A stretch of 56,583 nucleotides of DNA, filler included, from Basidiobolus ranarum (taxonomy: Eukaryota), in assembly GCA_040143965.1 (NCBI GenBank). It is 6 parts of 6 records of this genome, joined end to end, with 100 filler letters (N's around TTAATTAATTAA, not from the genome) between each part and the next. Parts side by side here need not be neighbours in the genome. Positions count along the whole stretch, not along the records: positions 9,464 to 18,823 come from JASJQH010000836.1; positions 18,924 to 28,273 come from JASJQH010000838.1; 4 more parts are not named here. One strand, 5' to 3'. This document shows positions 11,180-24,924 of this stretch, in pieces. The notes beneath the pieces are model-generated. The model did not search any database. It saw only the letters and a list, made by a program, of their open reading frames with translations, and had not been told where the DNA came from. Position numbers and translations under genes: made by a program. Positions within the stretch are counted from its first letter, which is position 1. Every line of letters starts with the position of its first letter.

Positions 11180-13663
11180 GTATGATATTAGCACTTTACT
11201 ATTTTTCAATAAAGCTATTGCAGTGGAATGTGAACCCAGAATTATCTTTACTTCTTACAAAAAGATGTAATAATCCTGAACAATAGCTACGGAATGGTTG
11301 ATTTTGAGACTGGGCCAACAACTTAAACCTGAACCATGGTTCAGCAAGAGATTGAAAACAGCAGACTTTGATGATTTTTACGGCCGAATTTCATATTTCT
11401 GATAATGCTTTAGTATACTGAAAAAGCGAAACATCAGACCTATAAGACTTTTTGAAGGATGCTGGGCAGGATGTATTATATTTCAGATGATACTCTTGGT
11501 CCGCGGCATTTGCAAACTAACCATAGATGCATGGACTAGCTTATGGTAAGCGGATCGTTAAATGTAAGTGAATAGCAATATTGAAAAACATTTTCATTTG
11601 TTGATTTCCACGGGGATTCAAATTTATGGGATTTGAACAAACCTTTAAACATTTCCCTATTTTACGAGCATCTATCATTGTTGAGATCTACTCTTATCTA
11701 ATTTTCCACATTGCTCAGCCTAGTGTTCTGGCTCCCAGCCCAGGATGGGACTGCACTGTAATCAGAGTGCTTGATCCCTCTGTGCCCTGACGATATCACT
11801 TTATCTCCTCTGTAACTAATGCGTAGGATTGAAGTGTATGGCCAAATTAGCAATGTCCTAAACCAACATTTTTTTAATTACTATTACAGCGTATAGTATT
11901 GTTGCTAAGCTTCCCCCCGTACTCTTTTCAAAAGTAAACCAACTACTGTTGTATGTGTCTTGAATGAATCGCAAGTGTTTGAGCCCGTTAATGAGCTACG
12001 CGATGGACACTTACTGTATCTTGGCACTGAAGTTGAGCATTAATGCCTACGTTGAAAGCAAGAAAGGTAGCAGTAAAATATCATTTTTAGGGCCCTAAGG
12101 AAATTCAAGATTTAGTTATTATGCACAAGCCGGTGCAGAGTAACAGAAAAATTCAACTGAAGTTAACAAGAGGGTATGGAAGGATATCATTTTCAAGGAA
12201 GGAAGTTATCTAGTATCACATGCTCAGTCAAAGTTAAGTATGCTTTCATTGATATCACTTGACTGCCTACTATGTGAAGGTTGTGATTTGCCATATCCAT
12301 TAAAAGAGGTGACTAGTTACGGGCAATAGTGTAACCGCACACAAGACTCCGATAATGCTGGAACACCCTTATTGTGGCACGCTAGCATATGGGAACTTTT
12401 CGAGGGTTTTTTAATTATGAATGACTGAGCAATATTCACTTCAACGAAAGTTACCTGATTTAGACACTTGAACATATAAAATTCGCAAAATACACAAATA
12501 AACATATCACTTGAAGCCGCTGCGTATTTTCCTCATATCATAGGAATTTGAATTCATATTGTTGCTGAGATGATGAGTGATTGATTGTGGGATTCTTACC
12601 GAATTTCCATAGAAAATATCTAGCGCCCAATCGAGTAAAAATGGTATTTCAAGGGTGTTGAATCTACTCATGGCGTAGTTCCATGCTGCACTTCCATTAG
12701 GTTCCAGTAGAGCTTCTTCAAATGTGCTTAAGTACTTGATATTACTATCTATTACCTCCAGAGTCGTGATCAAAGAGGGTGTTGCTAGTAAAGACTTTTG
12801 GAATGTAGGGTATCTTTGGAGAATCCCTATCATAAGGGTAAGGTCTGGAACTGGCAGAGCCACCTACTACGTTACCCTGTTCCAAATTCTTTACAGTTTT
12901 GGGAACTGCAGACAGACGTATTGGGAAATATCTTGAGTTGTGAACAATTAAAGATCCGTCAACGACTGGGTTATAGGAGTGATCTGCAGAGTCGACTGAT
13001 TATTGGAACAGCTACTGCAGTTGGCTATGGCAAGAATCACTTGAGGAGGAGGGGTTAGTCTGCAAATCCTTGCATTGTTTCAGCTATTCCCAAAATTTAT
13101 ACTAATTTTGAGCTAAGCAAAACTGAGCTAAATCATGCCAATGATGCTAGATTTAATATACAAAATAAGTAGATTGATAAGTATAAGTATATAGCCGATA
13201 TGGTACAGATATTATATTCTCACACATTTTTAATTCATTGATGGTCTCATTCAAACTCTAGCAGTCCTTAGTAATCCACTCCAAACTAGTTTAATAATTG
13301 GCAGGTAAAATTTTCTTAACCCCATTGATGAAGTATTACCTACTCATAGCATTACACATATCCCATGTAGAATCTTAACCCTAGGTAGCTATTGTATCCT
13401 TTGCATTTTATTTTACAAAGCATTGTTGTTTAAAGACATCTCATATTAAGAGAGAACAATTTATGCATAATTGATATACTTGACACTAATCCCGCAGGCA
13501 TTGGTAGCATGAGGATAGTATTAGAATTAGAGTAGTTCTTGTTACAGACACTAGAGCTAGTTCATATATCTAGCACTAATGATAAATTACAATATGAAAT
13601 AGCTGCAATGCCATAAATATTTTGATTCGATTTGGAGATATTAGTAGTGTTGCTTTCCTTATG

Positions 13664-13982
13664 TGTTGAAGTGTTGTGGGAGTTACCGGAGGTGATCTGG
13701 AGAACTAGGAGAATTGGAAGTTTTCACTCACTGATTTATTTCAGGCAAGTTGACATTTAGACTTTTGTCAAGAAGTCGATACAATAACGTGTAGAATATG
13801 TTCAGCAAGGTCCCAGGAACATGTGTACAAAGCTTGGAGTCTTTTGGACAAGTTTAAGAACTTCCAAGTGGGTGAAGATATTTAGCGTAAATTCCTCATG
13901 AAGAGATTGAATAATAACGTAGTAAAATTTAGGTAACTAGCTATATGACTATACAGATACTGAAGCTATGCCATTTGTAACA
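13664..13982 (-). mobile_element. Solo LTR of the same Copia family as 28641-28983
   Basis: TG...CA ends. Colinear similarity to 28641-28983 (aagttgacattta, ttttgtcaaga, cccaggaa, gaacttccaagt, tatatgactata). No clear target-site duplication. Confidence 0.75.
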
Positions 13983-16316
13983 ACAACTTCATTGAATCAA
14001 AAGTGATGTATGTCAGATTCCAAAATTGTTAGCTGACTACTCTGATTGAATAGAGAATGGTTGATTGGGTTACTACCATTATATGCGTCAAATTATCAAT
14101 CTTAGATGCCAACAGATATACAGTCTCCATAATTTAGGATGTTAGATTCACTAAAAGTAACTAATTAAGTTACACAGCAAGTAAGATTCTTGAGTGAAAA
14201 TCGTAGGATATAGCACAGCTAAAGTGGTCATCCATGTAGTCGCAAGCTCTAAGCCGGATATCTTAATTGATGGACTTACCAGCTTTAACTCACTGCACGT
14301 TGTGATCACATCCTGCCATCACTGAACAGGTAATTTGAGTCACAACGCAAGCTTCTGCAGTGAGCATACAGATCCACTTTGTGCAGGAAACACGCATTTC
14401 TGTTCTTAGGTGTCGATGGTAAAAAGCGCGATCCTTAATGACAGTGCTCCATAAAACCATTATATCCATGTTTTGAATGTCACCGTCACTGCTTACCTGA
14501 TGCTAATAAATTGCTGAAATATAGCACTTTTTGTTCTGTTGTGAGGAGAGTATTGAATCGGTCATTCATTGTCCAATGCATACATTGCTTTGTCTCAAAC
14601 TCTAGGATAACATCCAATATATCTTTAGCGTACAGCCCTCTACCATATTTTGTGCTCGACTCAGCGCATGATTGCAAGCCAGTAATATGCCCATATGTAC
14701 CTGTTGTAACCGATGTAATAGCACAGTTGATTCGACTTATTCCGAAGTGGTAAAGCTGGTTGAGGATGATTGCAGGTATGAATTGTCATGGATCTATTGA
14801 ATAAAATAGAATTATTCCGACCGGAACTGGCAGTGCAATATTGAGCAAAGCAACAGTTTTACGAGATTCTAATATTTGACCGAGTACGTTACCTTCATGC
14901 ATTTGATGCCTGTTAGTCAAGCTTGTATATATTCAACCATCGCTTGGACTAGAGTAGTAACAATCTATCCCAATATTTGCCAGATTGATTAGACTTTGAG
15001 ACATTATCAATTCTTCACGTGAGAGTAGAAACTATTTCCCCCAAATCTCATGCTTTTTTCAATCTTCTATGCGCACCATATCGGGTTGTAAGCTCCTTGA
15101 TTTAAATGCCACTTGAATTGTTGCCAACAATGTTCAGCTTCCATAATAGATAGATAGCCTGTACTCACTTAGATTTTGTAATGAATGCTGTAAATACTAA
15201 CATACCTTTCTGGTGCTTCTGATCTTCTCTAGACTATAAATGCTGATAGCTATAAATGACACAACATGAGACGAGGTATGGCGACAACGCTGACAGATAT
15301 GAACAACAACATGGGCATAAAGATATGCGACTCCAAAGACCGCAAGGGACACCAGTATATTGTGAAATACTATTTCAGTACTACAAACCAATATGTTCCC
15401 CAATGAAGCATTATTTACAAATCCCCGATCTTAAGGAGAATAAAGCACAGCCATATGCACTAATTATAAACTGAGACATGGTGAATTAATTCCATTTGTT
15501 TGCTACGGTTTATACTCCTTTGAAATACCAAAAATTCCCTTGCCAAGTTTTTTCTACAGGTTTAAGAAACAATGTATCATTATCACTGCTCATCCTCACT
15601 GCATCAACGTTATCATATTCAGATCATCCATAACTCTTTCAATATGACCTGGTGATTTTAGGGTAAATACCGAGTGTAATAAACTACACGTTCCGTATAG
15701 TGTCACACCGCACACTATAGGTACATTAAATAACTCATAAAAACGCCCACTCCGGTAATACTAGGCTTACTGGCCAACAACTCAGCATACCTCAGTAACT
15801 AGTTCATTCTTGAAATTACTAAGCCTAATATGAGTCCAAGAACTCAAAAATCAATAGAACTGCACATATGAGTGTAGTTGGTATCGATTCTGTCAGGCTG
15901 GGAACGTAATACACACCTCTGGATTTTTTAATAATACCAAGCAAATGGCACTTTTTCCTCTTTTTGAATAAATTATTCATTCATATGGAATCTCTCACAA
16001 ATTTGGCAACATATATTAACTGGATATACAGGTTGTTACTCTGTCTAACTTGGAATGTACGATGGGTCTGACGAATGGCGTTTGTCACTATTCTATACGT
16101 ATGTGGCATGTGGTGAGAATCCCCGAGTACCTTGAATGTTTCCGGTTTTTAGCTACAAACCTTTATTATTATGATTCTAGGTTTGAAGTAATCGGAACTT
16201 GGTAAAGATGCTTATATTCGCCCTGGGTTTACGCTTGTGTAGCAGGATGGGCGAAAATCTACCGAGAGCTGACGGAATTCTCTATGTATATGTATATATC
16301 GGATGAATTGTGGCTA

Positions 16317-18823
16317 CTAAACAATAGGTTCAGAAGCTCGTAAATTCTTTATCTTTTCTTTTTTAATACCCTCCAATGTTTCTCTAAATAGATGGAAATC
16401 AATAGGCTTGCTGATGTACCCTTTCATCCCTTTACTAAGACAGAGTTCACGATCTCCTCGCATTGCTTGGGCAGTAACGGCTATGATGGGGGCAACTCTA
16501 AGCTCTTGCATTGGAGGGAGACCAGCTTGAAATTGCAGTATATTTTGAGTAGCTTCAAAGCCATCCTGATTTAAAGTAATGATATGATTAGGAATGCTCG
16601 ATACTAATCGTAGTAAGTTACGAAACTCATATTTACCATGATGGGCATTTGCAAGTCCATGAGGATTACATCGAATACATCGCCGGATATAGCTGTCCCT
16701 TTCTTGTTAAACGTTATATGGCCATCATCTCGATTCTTACTTATATATATATCCACAGCCTCTTGGCCATTATTAGCTACACTAACAGAGTATTTCAACT
16801 TCTGAAGCATACGCAATATTAACGTCTGGTTCAGAACATTATCCTCCACTACTAAAACATACAACGTGACGTTAGGATCATCCGAAATGTTGTGTAGCTG
16901 ATCCTGAGTTAATTGAACTGGTGATAAAGAAGAGGTGGGGGTGAGTTTGCCGTTAGCCTTCTTTCTTCGAAAATTCGATGCATGTCCCTTTTTAGGCGAG
17001 TCAGCTGATGGCTTGGATGATTCTTCTTTCGTGCTAGATATTCTAGAAACTGATAGGGCATCTTCATCAGGGCCAGAACTCACTTCACGATCGTTTAGTT
17101 CGGGAAGTTTACTATGTGGCGTCGGTGTCGCTTGTGGCTGAGGTACGTTGGCAGCGATTTCCTCTTCTGGAGTAGTAGCGCTACTAGAGATGATCTCAAT
17201 GCTTTCCTCAGCCGGAGAATGTTCATCTACAACTTTGAATGGAATGATTACATAGAATTCACTACCCACATCTTGAACGGAGGAAAACCCAATGCTTCCT
17301 CCCATCTTTACCGATAAATTTTGCGCAATAGCCAATCCTAGTCCAGTACCACTAACTGCTCTAGATAGTGAGTTATCAGCTTGCTCGAACTTCTCGAAAA
17401 TGAGGGATTGCTTGTCTCTGGGAATCCCAATTCCACTGTCGCTAACGCGTAATTTGATGTCCACATTGTCGCCTTCTTTAACCGCGAATAATATGGCTTC
17501 CACTCTGATTAATCCAGAATTCGTGTATTTGCATGAATTACTTACGAAATTCATCAGGATTTGCTTGATTCGTTGGGGATCTCCTCTTATCCATTGCGGC
17601 AACGAGCTATCGACAACTGTTTGGAATTTGATACCTTTGGCTTCGATAACTTTACAGTACATATCGGATGTCTCCACCACTAAGTTCGGTAAATTGAAAG
17701 GGATGTCTTGCATAGGTAGATTGCCAGCCTCCAATTTAGCAAAATCAAGTAAATCATTGATGATCGAAGTTAAAGCATTGGAGGCTTGCTTTGCTTCAAC
17801 TAACATCTGCTTTTGTTCAGCATCAAGTTGTGTATCCAAAACCAGCTCAATGACACCTGAAATTGCATGTAACGGAGTTCGCACTAGATTAGTAAATTTG
17901 AAAATATTTAGTAATTTATACACTAATGGTTCTCCGAGATATGGACATACCTTCATGAGACACATTGGCCAAGAGCATACTCTTTTTCTTGTCGCTCTCT
18001 TCTGCAATACGCTTTGCTCTCTCCAGCTCCGCATTCTTGTTTCTAGCTTGATGATTATCAATAAGTAGCATTTTATTCTTCCAAGTTTTAAGTGACTCCT
18101 CGTATACAGATTTGATCGTTAGTAGTAGCTCTGGATTAACTTGGTTCCATTGAGGAGATTTTCCCTCTATAATCTGAGTCCATTTCGAGAACGACGTACG
18201 CGGCATTAGATAACGATGTCCTTCAGAATCGTTACCTGATATTGTACCAGGCTCCATAGACTTTTTAGGTTCTCCCTATTGTATAGAAAATAAATAGTAG
18301 GTTTTATCATGATGAGTCTAAGTATTCCGACATCATATAGTATATTCAAACTTACAGCCCAAGTGACATGTGCAACTTCTTCCATTTTACAAAAGCACAA
18401 CCAATCTTTTCCATCGTCACTTAAGGGGATATGAATAACCCCAGCAAGACCTCTTGAACTGGTCAATCCTTCGAAATCCTTGGTTACATGATTTGACACG
18501 ATTATTTCAGTGATATCGGAAGCTTTGATGAACTTCACATAATTCTCTAATGCCAATGGATCAGGTATAAATGCCGGAGAGGGGATTGCGATACCGCGAT
18601 CACGAATCATGAAGAACGAATAATCCGCACTCACAAGTTTGCATACCGCTGGGCCCGTAGCACGGATGAATCGCTCGTATGCCATGGCCCAATCCTCATC
18701 TGTAGTTTGCTTGACTTCAGAGTGGGCAAGAGCTTCATTGGGAAGTGGATTCTTATTTCAACCAATTAAGCCCTCGCGTAAATTTTCCGTCAAAAGGAGC
18801 ATCATTAATCCACTAATAAACTC
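16317..18823 (-). CDS. Phytochrome-like hybrid histidine kinase (PHY-HisKA-HATPase-receiver), 5' part missing
   Basis: Exons ~18823-18356, 18275-17951, 17883-16637, 16565-16317 with GT-AG introns. PHY tongue motifs WA|GEP and PRTSFSKW; H box SHEVRTPL; N box NFVSNSCKYT; DSGIGI; FEKFEQAD; GTGLGLAI; receiver VEDN...DLQMPIM|DG...KP. In-frame TGA at 18758-18760 near the contig end. Confidence 0.88.
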
Positions 18824-18923
18824 NNNNNNNNNNNNNNNNNNNNNNNNNNNNNNNNNNNNNNNNNNNNTTAATTAATTAANNNNNNNNNNNNNNNNNNNNN
18901 NNNNNNNNNNNNNNNNNNNNNNN
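18824..18923. other. Artificial contig linker
   Basis: N run + TTAATTAATTAA + N run, 100 bp. Confidence 0.97.
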
Positions 18924-21053
18924 AACTAGTTTCATAGTCATTGTGTATGCTAGGCAGGGAGAATGAAGATTCTAGCTCAGTCCGCCGGTTACGCTCCTTT
19001 GACTTCTATATATCCGAATGGCGTCTAGGCTTAAATATGATGATTAATGAATTCTGTGGCAGGCATGATCTATGGGAAGTTCAACAGTTGCAATATGGAG
19101 ATCTGATTTGTCAGTCAAGAAGGGCTGCACATGAAGAAAAATTAGTACGAGTAGCTATCTTATTGAATTTGGATAATAGGTGATGACTTTAGAGTTGGCG
19201 TAATTTTCTGTCCTCAACTCAGTTCTGACTCCAACAATCTGGCTTTTTTGTCTCAAATGACCACAATAATAATCAAGAGAGAACATGTAGAATGTGCCAA
19301 ATGATTCTATATTAAGCTACGAATCTGCTTTGCAACAGGTCAACTAGTCAACTTAATCGGTAAATAGTCCTTTACATGATCGGAATTGCCACATACGAAA
19401 CAGAAAGAAGATCACCCACACCCTACAAGGATACCTTGGAAATGACTAGTAGAAACCAAGGTGATGATATTCTGATAGCATTGGGTTGAGTGTCCTAACA
19501 AAGTTGATTACCCCTCGTGATCACTACGTTAATGGACATCAATGTTCTTCTATTTTCAGGGCTCAGCGACGCTTTGCACGCACCATTTAGTAGTCCTTTT
19601 GATTAGTATGATGTGTCCATCCTAACCGTAGACAGAGTATGTTGTAGGGTTGTTACCCGAGACTGAGGAGCAAAGAACTCAACATACTGCTTACCCTAAC
19701 GGACTACTAAAGCCCACCTAACTGTGTTGAGGGGATTTTGACTTCTTAATACGTAGTCAGCCACGAATTGTACTACATCATTGAAATATTGACATAAAGC
19801 AATCAGATCCATTCTAGGTGTTTGTGATGTCAGCAATTATATACAGGACTTCAGAGCCTGCCTTGGGCATATTGGCATTAGTGATGCTAAAAGTTCAATA
19901 TGGCTAGTCAATTTCCGCCCTTCCACAGCTGCATTGAAGGATGGGGTGCTTTCCCCTATCGTCTCCAGGCTGACAGATAATGCGCTGTAGCTTTACTGCT
20001 GACTTCTGTAAAATACGATCACCGGCCAGCAACGGGGAATAGCGTACACTGCTCGCTAATCAAAGCCAGCTCAACATAAGATGGAAAGTCTGTTTTGTTT
20101 CATTGCTATAGAGCAAACACATATATGCGCAATCCCGTAGAGCGTGAGTCGTAGATTTAATCTATGCTACCAAGAGTATCTGTCTAGTTTTCAGTACGCT
20201 GTGGGACAGCCTTCAGATGGGCCATTACGCACCATTGCTTCTATTTGATTAAGGGCAGTCATAATCACTACAGCCCAAACTCTTAAGTGTTGGGAATGGC
20301 ATCGAATTAATTACGATGATGCTTAAAAAGCCATTCTCACCTCGCAATTGGCCCGTCCTCAAATCATCGTGCAAGATTATCTGGATTCTGAAACTGCATT
20401 TAACAGTCACAATCCTACTCTCCAGATGCCCGCAGCCTTTGCAGGCAAAGGTTTGTGATGGACTCGAATACGGTTTCTCTTCTCTTGCATCTTCGGATTC
20501 AAAAGATCTGGTATTCTGATTTTGATGACTACGTGGCCGTGATTTGGATTTTTTCTCTGCAATCTGCAATGATGTGTTGAGAATAGTCGCTTGTTGAACG
20601 ACCATTCATTATACAACTAATTGGAGAATACTCAATACCTTCAATTGGAATGAGAAATCCACAATGGGCCATTCTTTTTTCTCACCTCAGCCATCTTGAT
20701 TGGCCAAGGCACTTTTTTAATAATCATTCGAGTGACTGCCTTAAAATTCAGTCCAATTGTATATGAGCTGATACTGAGAGTTTAATACAAGCGAGTTTCG
20801 AATAAATGAGCATTTACCAAGCTTTTCATTTTTTTGAATAGCTTCATTTATCTGTCGATCCAGTCAAGTAGTTTCACTTTCAAACCGATACTTTCATAAC
20901 AAGTACACAAGCCTAAAGTGCTTTTATCCTTAACTTCCGATTGTTTTCCCTCATTCTCCTGTACTCCTCTTAAGTTAATTCTGCTACAGATTCTTTTGTG
21001 AAGATTGTAGTGTATACAATTGTATTCAAACATTCCCATTCCATAAAGCCAAA

Positions 21054-24000
21054 GTGTCGTCATTCCAATTCCCAAAACTTGCCACAATCCCTAAGGATGT
21101 GGCAGAGACTCGTACAGATTCCGAATCCCCTTTTGGATTACCTCTCTATGGATCTTCATTACAAAGTGGAACTCTTCTCTCCCCTTTAACCTCACCCACA
21201 GTCGAATTTGCCAAGATCTCTCCTTCCCCAATACCATCGGGTGTTAGAGCTGAGCCAAATATTTTAACGTTCGTAATTTGGAAGTTATGCCTCAAGTTCG
21301 TGTGAGTGTTGTTACTAATAAGCTTCAATAAATAGAGCGAGTACGACGGAAAAAGTCTCTGTTCTTATCCAAGGCATTTCCACTTACGTCTCCAATAGCC
21401 TACCTGAGACCTTAGCCAAGGTGAAGAACATAGCATTGGCGTCCAAACCGAACAAAGAGTCCCCAGAACCGGTATATGACACTGTTGAACAAGATACCAC
21501 AGTAAAGAGTGAATCCAATAATGTTACGTGTGCCTCGTTTGACTACATTGAAGGTGTTTATCGAACACCGCAGGACCTGATCTCTGATACCGAGAAAACA
21601 TTCACTCATTCTCAGCGGTTGATATTAAATAATATTATATAGGATATAGTATGTGAACTAAGTTTCTTTTTCCCTAGGAAATTTTGTTTACTCCTTGGAT
21701 ATCACGACGGATTCCAAATCTGGAATTTGTCTGATCTTTCGAATGTTACAGAGATTTTCTCTTATAGAGATAGTAAATACGACGTATTTTGTGTTAAGGT
21801 AATTGCTATTCACTTTTTTGTTAGTTTCATATATCGAAATCTTGACACCTTGATCTCTACAGAATGTCCCGACACCTAGGATATCAGAGAGTGTGGATCA
21901 ATTCAAACACCTTCGTTGTATTATGGCTATAGGGTAATAGTAAACAAGCAATATCTCTTTTTTACTACGCTTTATGCTAACAACCAAAATATTAGAGCTC
22001 GCAGAATTGGGGAAGACAGGAAGATCCAAGGATCTACTCTCAGTTTTTTTTCTCTGCAGACTCATGAAAGCATCAAAGATTTACACTATCATGGGAAGGA
22101 TTTTTTTGGGCTTGAATGTAACGAAAGAGGAATTATTGTGGTGGGTGAATCATGAACTAATTTATTTCGTATTATAACCTAACGTTATTTTAATCAGTAT
22201 TATGACTCAACGATCGAAATCATCTCATCCTACACACTTGATGTCGTTTTCAAATTCGACGATGCCCACCCAAGTTTACATAATAGATTGCCAATACTAT
22301 CTGTCGGGGATCGTTTATTAGCATATGCTTCCGTATCAGAAATGCCCAAGGTCTATCATGAAAAAGTGACCTCGGATTCCAAGGAGTTTGATATGACCAA
22401 GGTTGCTCGAGAGGCTTTATCAGGAATGAGAAGCATGAGTATATTAGATTTCTTTATATTCTTTACATCTCCTAGTAATTAAATAAACTCTACAGGTGAT
22501 TTGGGCTATCGTAAGCTTGCTAATTATCTAAGCAATTACCAACACAATCCAAATGTGACAAGCCTGGAGCCATCTAGTCAGCGAGCTCAGTCTTATCCTA
22601 ACCAGGTTCGATTTTAATTGATCGTACGCTTGACTTCGCTCTTCCTAAACGTAGGTATTGACTTTAGGTTACTGTTATCGACCTTGATAAGCTTGGATAT
22701 GCCTCTGCGAAAAATCCACGAAAACCAGAAGCACGTCAATCGTGCGAGATAGGTCATTTTGAAGTGGAGAAGAACTTGGATATTATTACGTTCAACCCCA
22801 GTGGTTCATTAATAGCTGTCGCGTCTATTGAAGGATATTCTGCTTATATATATGAAATATCAGCTAATGGAGAAAATGGGTGCTTGGGGTCGATAACGCT
22901 CAGGTACCTTCACAACGAATGTCATTTTGTGATTTTGATGCTGAAATTTTACTAGATATGAACTATACAGAGGATACACATCTGCTCGAATTGACAGCAT
23001 TAATTTTAGTCAAGATTCAAGATGGGTCTCAATCAACACTATCCATGGCACCTCACGTATCCTTTTGAATACAGATTTTCATTGATGATTTACTCAATAT
23101 AGGATCACATTTTATCTTTAACCTAATCAATAGACGTGTATGCAATCAACTCTTATTGCGGAAATCGCAAAGCAACTTCTTATTTTGACACATACGCATT
23201 TTACAGATCTTCTAGTTTAAATCAAAAAATAACTGAGGTAAATCACCTTTCTATTTTTGTATGTTTTTTATGGCAAATAGTAACATTTTGAGCAGAAGTC
23301 TGTAAAATCGCTAAGCCCTCTCTTACGCATCAGAAATAGAGAGACAAGCGATACAAAAGACACTAATAGCGATACTGCATTTTCGTTCTCGCAAATCCAT
23401 AGAAACTCTTCAAATCGTAAGCAGCAAATGCCAATGCTAAATTACTTTCAGCTAGCCAGCAGTCAGATAGCAAATATACCATCAATGAGAAATCCACCGA
23501 GCTCACAGGTTCAGGATATACTATCTTTCAGTATGAGCGGGATGCTCAAACTTTGCCGTATGTCTATTACGAAAACAGAACAAACAGTCACAAAAGATGG
23601 TTTGTGATTTTTATTCATTTGTCACTTCGAAATAGGATCCTTATAAATTTTATCGTAGGGAGAAATTACAATGACCACAAACTACTAGGATCTTCTTCAG
23701 ATTTGGTCGAGTGGTCACTCTTGAGAGACTCCGATTGGAGTGAAGTTCTTGGTGTGATTGAAGTAAGAGCATTTCACTCTATCTTATAATATATGAGTTT
23801 GATTTAATTGGTTTGAACTCAGGGTGTTGAGTCTAAAGATACTGATCCCAGGTGGCCAAGTTCTAGGTAAGAAAACCACATTTCTATTGATATGAAATTC
23901 GATACAAATGTCACCTTCATCTCTAGTTGGGTAAACGAAGTAGAAACTCTCTCTTATCCCGTACCCTCCGTATCATTGTGGAGCTCAAGACAATTTCATT

Positions 24001-24924
24001 TTCAAACTTACATGAGTCCCGACAAATTGGAGAATTGGGATGAGGCTTTGCATTTGCCATTGACAAAGGACATAAATGCAATCAATCGGTGTACGGTTCC
24101 TTATGGGGTGTAAGTGGCATAATTTCTGATTAGAATAGACAAAAGAATTCTCTCTAATATCGATAAATAATAGAGGATATCTTCCAAGATGTGATACAGA
24201 GCATAACGATCTCAACTTGGCGTCATTACTTGAAGGTAGCTCACAACTTTGCTACTCAGATATGCATACATACTAACAGCAACACTTGTACCACTCAGAA
24301 AATATGCTAGATGCTATGGAAACAAATGTTACCCCAACTTTGAGTAAGAGCATTAGCAATGGTTCAAAGACAGTCCAAGAATACCGAGCAGAACTTCATA
24401 AGGGCACCCTGGTTAATTTTGGTGCATTTTTTGGGAACGAGATCATGACAACTACTGAGATAGATTCAACCTTGGGTACTGCTATTCAAACAAGTTTATC
24501 CAGTATTCGGGACTCTCAGGATCCTCTAAGAGTACAAGAAGATAGTCTGGATCCAGCGTATGATTCAGAAACGCTAGAATGGCCAGAATCAGATGATGAG
24601 TTAAATGAAGAGCACTTTCAAATAGTAGCCCCCTCGCATGAACCGGATTCATTCTCTAATATTTCTAAATCCAGAGAAAATCACAGTGATTCGTCAACAG
24701 ATGATGATGAAATATTCATGGAATCATGCTCTTATCCATCACTCCCGCCTCGAAGAACCAGCTATCCATCTAGAGACTCTCGGTCAAGCACGAATGGAGA
24801 TTGCCAAATATCTCACTTCCCACGCGTAACCATCGACTGCCCTTACCCAGAATCAGATTGGACTCCGCAACCGCGGCTACAAGAGCAAGATACTTATTCG
24901 TGGACAAGACCATCTCATGAATAA
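21054..24924 (+). CDS. BCAS3-like (PROPPIN-related) WD40 protein, multi-exon; start codon uncertain
   Basis: Spliced motifs LLLGYHDGFQIWNL, LSVGDRLLAYAS, TFNPSGSLIAVAS, YELYRGYTSARI...FSQDSRWVSINTIHGTSH, and BCAS3-domain-like WVNEVETLSY....LWSSRQFHF. Many short GT-AG introns; acidic low-complexity last exon. Confidence 0.8.

Noticed and set aside
12507..13080. Minus-strand coding-like relic
   Set aside because: Multiple stops in every frame and no recognisable family.
14270..15480. Short ORFs and splice-like signals suggesting a decayed gene
   Set aside because: No consistent exon chain or motif could be built.
17292..18068. 258-aa plus-strand ORF
   Set aside because: Antisense shadow of the histidine kinase exon; no independent motif.
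19400..20616. Minus-strand relic with faint RasGEF-like wording (YFNDVVQFVADYVL)
   Set aside because: Similarity too weak and the frames are riddled with stops; needs a profile search.
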